A DNA stretch of 64,000 nt, taken from contig JBDRNU010000025.1 in assembly GCA_043810775.1 (NCBI GenBank), positions 48,417-112,416 on the forward strand. The letters run 5' to 3'. This stretch comes from an archaeon (GTDB taxonomy: Archaea; Nanobdellota; Nanobdellia; Pacearchaeales; GW2011-AR1). A program made the translations under genes and the position numbers. The notes beneath the pieces are model-generated. The model ran no database searches and had not been told where the DNA came from. It was given only the letters and a program-made list of their open reading frames with translations. This document shows positions 18,609 through 26,039 of this stretch, in pieces (position 1 is the stretch's first letter; every line of letters starts with the position of its first letter).

Positions 18609-20270
18609 CTACTTTTCTAGAATCCTAATTACTCCGTGATTTGCATCTACTTCAACTAAGTCACCTGTTTTTATTGTCCTAGTAGCAGATTTTGTACCTA
18701 CTATGCATGGAACTCCAAGCTCGCGAGAAACAATAGCAGCATGGCAAGTAATTCCTCCTTCATCTGTGACTAGGGCAGAGGCTTTTTTCATAGCTGGTAG
18801 AAAGTCAGGAGTAGTCATACCTGTAATTAGTATCTGGCCTGGTTTTATTTTATGAGTATTAGCTAGAGTAATAGCTACAAAAGCTTCTCCAACTACTTTT
18901 CCAGGTGAAGCACTAATACCTTGCAGATCTTTTACATCTCCAATATGATCTCCCAAGATTTTTTCATGCTCTTTTGAGGCATGAATTCCACTCCAGGTGG
19001 AGATTTTTCCATTGTTGTTAAAATAAAGAAAGTGTTCTTTTCTCTGGTTTATTTCGTTTTCATTTAACTCACCTTTTTGCAGTATTGAAATTATTTCTTC
19101 AGGGAGACACCAATCTAGTAGTGATGCATGAACTTTTGAGCGTTTTGAGATTTCATCAAGAATCTGAAATTCATAATAATTGTACTTCATCTGAACTTCT
19201 TTTCTAAAATCATGATAAATAAACAGCCTATCTAGGATTCTTAGGTATTCTGCAAGCTCTTTATCTTTTGATAAGTTATACTCCTTTTCAACAGCATTTT
19301 TTTCCTTTTTTGCTTTTTCTTTGTATTTTTGAATTTCATCAAGCTCATTTTGCACTTCTTTTTCTGATTTTTTATTACTTTTAATTTCTGAGTCAAAGTA
19401 TGAAAAATCTTTTCCTTTTTCTCTAGGCCAACCTAAATTTGTCCACCAGAATAGTTCAACTAGTTTTTGTATTCTTGCTTTAAATTCTTGTGAACTATTA
19501 ATAATTCTCCCAGATTTTAAATCTTTAATAGTTTCTAAAACCATTTTTCTTTCATCATTTAGATAAGAAAGCTGGCTTGGCATTGTAGATATATTATAAA
19601 TTCTGATAAATTCTCTTTCAGTGTATTTCTCTTTTAGTTTGTTTTTTAAGATGTTCTTAATTTTTTCATTTATATCAATTGCCAGACTTTCATCAGTTCC
19701 ATCAATTGCCATAACTATGCTATAAAATTCATAAATAATTTGAGCGAATTTTTTATAATGTAAAGCTAGTTCTGAGGTTTTCATTTTTTCAACTTTTTCT
19801 TTAGGAGTGTTTTTAATAAATGCTAGAAGCTCTGCTGATTTTTCATCCCATGATTTGAAGAAATTGTTTTCAAAATCTTTTGAGCTTAGGAATTTTTCAA
19901 TTACTTTTTTACCTATTTCATACAAATTATTTTTATCATAGTACCAGAACAAGGTGCTATTTTCAAAGTAATTCATTAAATATTTAGCATTAATATCAAA
20001 ATATTTTTTAATCCCACTTCTTAACGCTTCTAGTGGGTGTATTGATTGATGATAGCTTGTACCGCTTCGAATATATTCTAGCCATTCTATCTTCTTTTGT
20101 TTTGATTTTTCTAAGAATTCTAGGAGGTCTTGTTCTCTGTACTTTCTATCTCCTCTTGCACCTACTCTTACTGCTTTAAGCTTTCCCTCTCGATCCCATT
20201 TTCTTAAAGTTATGGGTTTGATGCCTAGCTTTTTAGCTGCTTCTTGTAAATTTAGTAGATTTTCAGCCAT
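18609..20270 (-). CDS. MerR-type HTH + helical middle region + C-terminal PEP-utilizer mobile domain protein (553 aa)
   Basis: N-terminus LQEAAKKLGIKPITLRKWDREGKLKAVRVGARGDRKYREQDL. C-terminus MTTPDFLPAMKKASALVTDEGGITCHAAIVSRELGVPCIVGTK. Confidence 0.85.
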   Translation of the reverse strand: MAENLLNLQEAAKKLGIKPITLRKWDREGKLKAVRVGARGDRKYREQDLLEFLEKSKQKKIEWLEYIRSGTSYHQSIHPLEALRSGIKKYFDINAKYLMNYFENSTLFWYYDKNNLYEIGKKVIEKFLSSKDFENNFFKSWDEKSAELLAFIKNTPKEKVEKMKTSELALHYKKFAQIIYEFYSIVMAIDGTDESLAIDINEKIKNILKNKLKEKYTEREFIRIYNISTMPSQLSYLNDERKMVLETIKDLKSGRIINSSQEFKARIQKLVELFWWTNLGWPREKGKDFSYFDSEIKSNKKSEKEVQNELDEIQKYKEKAKKEKNAVEKEYNLSKDKELAEYLRILDRLFIYHDFRKEVQMKYNYYEFQILDEISKRSKVHASLLDWCLPEEIISILQKGELNENEINQRKEHFLYFNNNGKISTWSGIHASKEHEKILGDHIGDVKDLQGISASPGKVVGEAFVAITLANTHKIKPGQILITGMTTPDFLPAMKKASALVTDEGGITCHAAIVSRELGVPCIVGTKSATRTIKTGDLVEVDANHGVIRILEK

Positions 20271-20298
20271 TTTAACTTGTTATAAGTTATTATAAGTA

Positions 20299-20328
20299 TA
20301 TATAAATCTTTTGGTTAAAGGGTATTTA
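20299..20328 (-). promoter_or_regulatory. BRE/TATA-like promoter plus conserved upstream box (plus strand TATATAAATCTTTTGGTTAAAGGGTATTTA)
   Basis: Upstream of the 553-aa gene start (20270). It overlaps the stop codon of the isochorismatase-like gene. Confidence 0.4.
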
Positions 20329-20922
20329 CATTGATGAAATTATTTCATCAGAATTAGAGATAATACAAATATTTGGAAAGATATTTTTTATAACAAAGTC
20401 GTGCAGTTCCTGGCTCATACTTGCGCAGCAGTCTTCTACAACTATGACTTGATGGTTTTCATCTGCAGCTCTTCGTGCAACTGCTTCAACTACCCAGTTT
20501 GTTGCTACTCCTGTTAAAAGTAGTGTTTGTATGCCTTGAATTTGCTTTTCAAAATCAGGGTTTGTGTATGGGCTTATTCTTGATTTTGAGATTACTGGTT
20601 CATTATCAAGAGGTTTTAGCTCTTCGTGGATTTCAGCTCCCCAGGTCCCTTTTAACATAGCTTTGAATTGGGGAGTCATTTTTTGAAGTGGCTCAAAGCT
20701 GGATTCAACTTCTGGGTAGCCTTCAGTGTATTCTACTTTTACAAAAACTACTTTTACTCCTAAAGAGCGAGCTTTTTCAAGTAGTTTCTTTGTGTTTTGT
20801 ATGGCATTCTGCTTTTTTGCGTGTTCCATAATGCCCATTCCAGCTACTTTGCCTTTTTCGTGGATCATGTCATTTTGCATATCTAGAACCAATAGAGCTG
20901 TATTTTCTTTATTTACTTCCAT
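20326..20922 (-). CDS. Isochorismatase-family (cysteine hydrolase) protein
   Basis: NTALLVLDMQNDMI near the N-terminus, LLLTGVATNWVVE, and VVEDCCAS (catalytic Cys region) are typical of the isochorismatase/nicotinamidase fold. Confidence 0.8.
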   Translation of the reverse strand: MEVNKENTALLVLDMQNDMIHEKGKVAGMGIMEHAKKQNAIQNTKKLLEKARSLGVKVVFVKVEYTEGYPEVESSFEPLQKMTPQFKAMLKGTWGAEIHEELKPLDNEPVISKSRISPYTNPDFEKQIQGIQTLLLTGVATNWVVEAVARRAADENHQVIVVEDCCASMSQELHDFVIKNIFPNICIISNSDEIISSM

Positions 20923-20959
20923 AAATTTTAAATAGATTTAGATTATTTAAGTTTTTCGA

Positions 20960-22390
20960 TTAGAGAATTCTTACTATACCTTTATCTGCGTCTATTTCAA
21001 CTAGGTCGCCTGTTTTTAGGATTTGAGAAGCTATTTTAGTGCCGACTATGCATGGAATTTTTAGTTCACGAGAGACAATGGCTGCATGACAGGTGACTCC
21101 TCCTTCATCTGTGATTATAGCTCCTGCAAACCTCATTAGTGGTGCAAATTCTGGACGAGTCATTCCAGTGACTAGGATTGTCCCTTGCTTAAAATCAGTT
21201 GCTTTAAATGGGTCTCTTACGATTCTTACTATTCCTTGAACTTTGCCTGGATAAGCTGACTGTCCTGTAATTAACTTATCTGATGATTTTTGTTTTTCTT
21301 GGGAAAGGTAGATTCTATCTATTTGTTGTTTTATTGTGTCAAAGGTATTATATTCTTCTTCTATTTGCCCGTTATAATATGCTATTATAGAGTATCCTTT
21401 TAGTCTTTTCTTAATATAATTTTTATTTTCTTTTAAGTAGCTTATTCCTTGAATTAGCTCTTCAAAATTATAATAATATATTAAGTCTTTTTCTAAACCA
21501 GCTTCATTAAACATTTTTTGAGCTACTCTAAACTGAATTGTGATTCCTTTGGAAATTGGGTCTTTTCTTGAGTCTCTTATATTAATTATCTCTTGTATGT
21601 AATGGACAAGTTTTTTTTCATCCTGGTTTAATTTATTTAAGAATTCTTGAAATTGATTTAGTTTTTCTTCTGATGCTTCTGGAATTTCTGAGTCTTCATA
21701 TTTTTCTTTTAATAGGTCTTGGACTATTTCTGGGCTTTCAACGTTTTTATAATCTGCAAACTGGTATTGGAGTTTTTCTGAGACTATTTGCCAGTTTTTG
21801 TGTTTTTTTGTAATTTCCATAGCAGCTAATTGCCTTTTTTTGTCAAATGAATCACTTATTGGAGTGGTAGCTTGGTCCCAGATTTGATTTAGCCTTTGTT
21901 TTGTAATTGGTATTTTAAGTTCTTTTATTAGTTTAATACACATTGACTTGTCAAATTGAGTTGCAAACCAGGCTAGGCAGTTTAAGTGACGTACAGAATC
22001 AATTATTTCTTTAAGATAGTTTAGAATTGTATCATAATTATTTTTTTGGATAAAGTCATAAGTAAGTTTATTGTATATTTTATCTATTTTATCACTAAAT
22101 TCTTTGAAAATTTTCTTTCTTTCTTGTAATTTATTTGGATTTTTCCAGTATTGCCTGAAAAAATCTTCAGCCATATTATTATAAGTTGTTTCTGACATGA
22201 ATACAATTCCTTCGTCTTGTTTCATTGTTATTAGAAAAGTCATGTTTAAAGGCAGTGTGTAATATAATTCATGAAAATTAGGGGCAAATCCTCCTGCTCC
22301 GTTTGCTAGCATTGTTACATTATGTACAGGTGGGTAGAATCTATGGCCTCTCATTATTTCTAGAAACTTATCCATTAGTGTAGGCTTCAT
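20960..22390 (-). CDS. X-swivel protein (476 aa): unassigned N-terminal region + C-terminal PEP-utilizer mobile domain
   Basis: C-terminus MTRPEFAPLMRFAGAIITDEGGVTCHAAIVSRELKIPCIVGTK. The start overlaps the upstream stop (ATGA). Confidence 0.85.
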   Translation of the reverse strand: MKPTLMDKFLEIMRGHRFYPPVHNVTMLANGAGGFAPNFHELYYTLPLNMTFLITMKQDEGIVFMSETTYNNMAEDFFRQYWKNPNKLQERKKIFKEFSDKIDKIYNKLTYDFIQKNNYDTILNYLKEIIDSVRHLNCLAWFATQFDKSMCIKLIKELKIPITKQRLNQIWDQATTPISDSFDKKRQLAAMEITKKHKNWQIVSEKLQYQFADYKNVESPEIVQDLLKEKYEDSEIPEASEEKLNQFQEFLNKLNQDEKKLVHYIQEIINIRDSRKDPISKGITIQFRVAQKMFNEAGLEKDLIYYYNFEELIQGISYLKENKNYIKKRLKGYSIIAYYNGQIEEEYNTFDTIKQQIDRIYLSQEKQKSSDKLITGQSAYPGKVQGIVRIVRDPFKATDFKQGTILVTGMTRPEFAPLMRFAGAIITDEGGVTCHAAIVSRELKIPCIVGTKIASQILKTGDLVEIDADKGIVRIL

Positions 22391-23925
22391 TTTTTCATAC
22401 CTATTTTTCTAATTATTCCAGTTGAACCGTGAATTTCAACTATTTCACCGTTTTTAAGCACTTTTGTACCAATCTTAGTGCCTACAACACAAGGAACTCC
22501 AAGCTCGCGAGAAACAATAGCAGCATGGCAAGTAATTCCCCCCTCGTCTGTTATGATTGCTGAAGCCAGCCTCATAGCTGGAACAAAATCAGGAGTAGTC
22601 ATTGTAGCCACTAGAATTTCACCTTTTTGCATTTCATTGACTTTGCTAGGATCTAGCAAGACTCTCACATTACCTAGAGCATTTCCAGGGTTGGCTGTTG
22701 TTCCTTTAATTTCTGTTACAGTTTGGTCTATTTTTTCTACAAATGCATCAAATATCTTGTCTGCTTCTTGTCCAGAATATGCTGAAAACTTTCCTTGGAT
22801 GCAGTAGAAAAATCCTTTTTCATTTCTTCTTTCAAGCTCTTTTTTATCAATTTTGTTTTTAAGCAGAGCTTCTTTTAGTTCATTAAATAAGAGCATGTTA
22901 AGTAATTGCCTTGGAATGTTAAGTCTTTTTGCTGTTTCTTTTCTCCAATTAATCATGTGATAATGAGATATAGTGTATTTCTCTTTTTTAAAGTCAAGAA
23001 GATAGCCTGAATCAGCGATTTCTTGGAATAATCTAACTATTTCTTTATGGAGTTTAAGTTCTGTTATAATTTGATTCTTTTTTGCTTTAATATTTTCAGA
23101 GTATTTTTCAAGTTCGCTTATCTTATCTTGCACTTTAATTTTGCTTTTTAATCTGTCTTTTATAACAGTTAGAAAATAATCCAAATCCCATATTGCACTT
23201 CCATAATCATATGGTACCCACGAGAATTTTTTTTCATGCTCTAAGAGTTTTTTGTAAAATGGTTGAAAATTTTTTAAAGATTCTTTAATTTTCTTTATTT
23301 CTTTAATATCAAATACCTTTTCTAGGGCTTTATTTCCTTTGACTTCTTTTATTAGCTTAAATAATTCTAGTTCTTCTTTATTGACAAAGCTTGGAGTATC
23401 AGGTGTTATCAGTGTTGTTATATATGAGTCTAGTATTTTTTTATCATTTATTTTATCTTGGATTTCTTTTTTCAGCTCTTCTACAAATCCAAACCTTAGT
23501 CCCCAACTAACCATTTCACTATATGGGTATGCTTCAAGGTATAACTTATAGTATTCCCTGTATATTTCAAATAGTTCTTCATTACTCTTCTTTGTCAAAT
23601 CTTTATTTGAAATTTCAAGCGTAAACTTATTCAGTGTTCCCACTTTTTCTTTGAAGTTTTTTATAAGATTTTTTACTGAAAGTTTATTGCTCTTTGCATT
23701 TTTGATTACTGTGTTTTCAAATTTACTAAAGAAATCTTCACGAAAAACCCAGTACATTCTTCCTTTTTTAAATGCTACTACTAAGTCTCTTAAACTTTCT
23801 CCTAAGACTTCTGCTACGTTTGAGGTTGCTCCTTCCATTATTGGTAGAGCTAGTATCATATTAACATCATTATTGCTTCTTTCTTGGGCTATTACTAATC
23901 CTTTTGGGCTTATTTTTATTTTCAT
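22387..23925 (-). CDS. X-swivel protein (512 aa)
   Basis: C-terminus MTTPDFVPAMRLASAIITDEGGITCHAAIVSRELGVPCVVGTK. ATGA overlaps at both junctions. Confidence 0.85.
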   Translation of the reverse strand: MKIKISPKGLVIAQERSNNDVNMILALPIMEGATSNVAEVLGESLRDLVVAFKKGRMYWVFREDFFSKFENTVIKNAKSNKLSVKNLIKNFKEKVGTLNKFTLEISNKDLTKKSNEELFEIYREYYKLYLEAYPYSEMVSWGLRFGFVEELKKEIQDKINDKKILDSYITTLITPDTPSFVNKEELELFKLIKEVKGNKALEKVFDIKEIKKIKESLKNFQPFYKKLLEHEKKFSWVPYDYGSAIWDLDYFLTVIKDRLKSKIKVQDKISELEKYSENIKAKKNQIITELKLHKEIVRLFQEIADSGYLLDFKKEKYTISHYHMINWRKETAKRLNIPRQLLNMLLFNELKEALLKNKIDKKELERRNEKGFFYCIQGKFSAYSGQEADKIFDAFVEKIDQTVTEIKGTTANPGNALGNVRVLLDPSKVNEMQKGEILVATMTTPDFVPAMRLASAIITDEGGITCHAAIVSRELGVPCVVGTKIGTKVLKNGEIVEIHGSTGIIRKIGMKK

Positions 23926-24974
23926 TTTGCTTTTTTTAGTATTTTAATTATACCTTTATCTGCATCTACTTCTACTATATCATTATCATTTAAAACTTTT
24001 GTGGCTATCTTAGTTCCTATAATGCATGGTATTTTCATCTCTCGGGCTACAATTGAGGCATGACAAGTTATACCTCCTTCATCTGTTACTATTGCAGCAG
24101 CTTTTTTTAAATATTTGACTATTTCAGGACGAGTCATTGGTGCTACTAAGATAAAATCTTTTTTGTTTTTGAAGATTTTTTTGTAATTTCCATAATCTTT
24201 TTCTGTTATTTTTATTACTTGGCCTTTTGCGAATCCAGTGTAAGCTGAATTTCCTGATATTTGGTTCTTTTCACTAAGTTTTGGTTCTTGATTTACTAAG
24301 AAATTTTCAATTTCTTCTGCTTCTTTATTCAAGTAAATATTGAATTGATTATTAATAATTGTAATTGCTAGGGGTCTATTTTCTGTTATTTTTATTTTAT
24401 TTCCTTTTAATATATTAATAATTTCTTCTGAGGTAGCTCTTTCAAGTTGTTTAATCTTATATTCTAATTTTTTTTGTATATACTTTATTATTTTATTATA
24501 TGCTCTCCATATTAGGTCTACAAATTTGGAAAGTTTTATTCTTATTTCTGGTAGCTCTTTTAATAATTTGGAGTCATTTGTGTCAAAATATTCTTCTGTG
24601 TAAAATAAGTATGTTTTATAAAGTTCAAGGCATTGGTTATTTAGAAAGTTCATTCCTTTAATTGCTTTATCTTTATCTAGTTTTGAATTAATGAAACTCT
24701 TTACTTTCTGCTTGTTATTTTTTATATATTTCAAGCTATCTGAATTTATTTTATTTATTAGTTTTTCATCAGAAAGCTTTATTTTTGAAGCTTGTTCATC
24801 CCAGACTTGAAAATTTTTATTTTGAAAAACTACCAAATTAGGTGTTTTGTTTGCAATAATCTTGTAATATGGATTATTAATATGTGCATGGCAGGCATAT
24901 TCCCATGATATGACTGGAGTTATTGAAAACACTTCATATTTACTGAATTTATGTGTTTTTAGAAGGGTTATCAT
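23922..24974 (-). CDS. X-swivel protein (350 aa)
   Basis: C-terminus MTRPEIVKYLKKAAAIVTDEGGITCHASIVAREMKIPCIIGTK. ATGA overlaps at both junctions. Confidence 0.85.
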   Translation of the reverse strand: MITLLKTHKFSKYEVFSITPVISWEYACHAHINNPYYKIIANKTPNLVVFQNKNFQVWDEQASKIKLSDEKLINKINSDSLKYIKNNKQKVKSFINSKLDKDKAIKGMNFLNNQCLELYKTYLFYTEEYFDTNDSKLLKELPEIRIKLSKFVDLIWRAYNKIIKYIQKKLEYKIKQLERATSEEIINILKGNKIKITENRPLAITIINNQFNIYLNKEAEEIENFLVNQEPKLSEKNQISGNSAYTGFAKGQVIKITEKDYGNYKKIFKNKKDFILVAPMTRPEIVKYLKKAAAIVTDEGGITCHASIVAREMKIPCIIGTKIATKVLNDNDIVEVDADKGIIKILKKAK

Positions 24975-26038
24975 TTTATAATTCTCACTATACCTTTATC
25001 TGCATCTACTTCAACCAAGTCTCCATCTTTTAATAGCTGAGTGGCTATTTTTGTGCCGATTACACAAGGAACTCCAAGCTCGCGAGAAACAATAGCAGCG
25101 TGTGATAGTAGGCCCCCCTCATCTGTTATAATAGCTGCTGCTTTTTTGCAGGCTAGAATAGTATCTGGGCGAGTCATTTCTGTAACTAGAATTTCACCTT
25201 TTTTAAATTTAAATACTTCTTTAAGGATGTTCTTTTTATTATGAAGAAGAATTCTTACTTTGCCGCTAGCTTTTCCTTTCATTGCTGTTTTACCTATAAG
25301 TTTATTTACTTTTTTAACAGATAGCATTTCCTTGTATATTTTTTTAAATTTTTTGCCAGTTATTAAGGACGGCTTGCCTTTTAGAGTGTAAAATAAGTAT
25401 CCTCTTGATCTTTCTTCAAGAATCTTGTGAGAAACTTTCTTACCATTGAAAATTTTTATGATCTCTTGATTATTATAAAAAAATAAATCTTTTACTTTAA
25501 CTTGAAATCTTCTTGAAATTTCTTTAAGCACTACACCTAGAAGAAAATAGAATAAAACCTCCCCTTCTTTTCTCAAAATAAATCTTAATTTGCTTAAATC
25601 TATAATTAAACTTTCATGTTTTGACGCTTCTTTTTCCAGGTTAAACAGGAAAAAATCCTCTGTTTTCATATAAATATTAGAATAATTAACTAAAGTTTTT
25701 AGAATATTATTAAAAAATAAACTTTTTAATTGGGAATTAGACAGATTTTTAATTTTTATATTATTAAAATATTGCTTTGTTTTTTCAATTTCCTTAAGTA
25801 TTTGTTGGACCTGCTTCTTGTAATTTTTAATATTTCCATTATTTGTGAAGAATTTATAGCCATATCCTGCTGTTTTCTTGTCTCTGTCATTTAAATAATA
25901 AACGTGAATGACTGAATTTTTGTAAAGAATGAGCATGTCATTTGCAAAAAGCTCTATGCTCTTATTGGATAGGAAAAATAGGGGTAGCCTAAGCTCCCTT
26001 GCCCAGAATGTTATTTTGTATATTCCTTTTGGCAACAT
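24971..26038 (-). CDS. X-swivel protein (355 aa)
   Basis: C-terminus MTRPDTILACKKAAAIITDEGGLLSHAAIVSRELGVPCVIGTK. The start lies 1 nt after the stop of the 1667-aa gene. Confidence 0.85.
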   Translation of the reverse strand: MLPKGIYKITFWARELRLPLFFLSNKSIELFANDMLILYKNSVIHVYYLNDRDKKTAGYGYKFFTNNGNIKNYKKQVQQILKEIEKTKQYFNNIKIKNLSNSQLKSLFFNNILKTLVNYSNIYMKTEDFFLFNLEKEASKHESLIIDLSKLRFILRKEGEVLFYFLLGVVLKEISRRFQVKVKDLFFYNNQEIIKIFNGKKVSHKILEERSRGYLFYTLKGKPSLITGKKFKKIYKEMLSVKKVNKLIGKTAMKGKASGKVRILLHNKKNILKEVFKFKKGEILVTEMTRPDTILACKKAAAIITDEGGLLSHAAIVSRELGVPCVIGTKIATQLLKDGDLVEVDADKGIVRIIK

Positions 26039-26039
26039 T

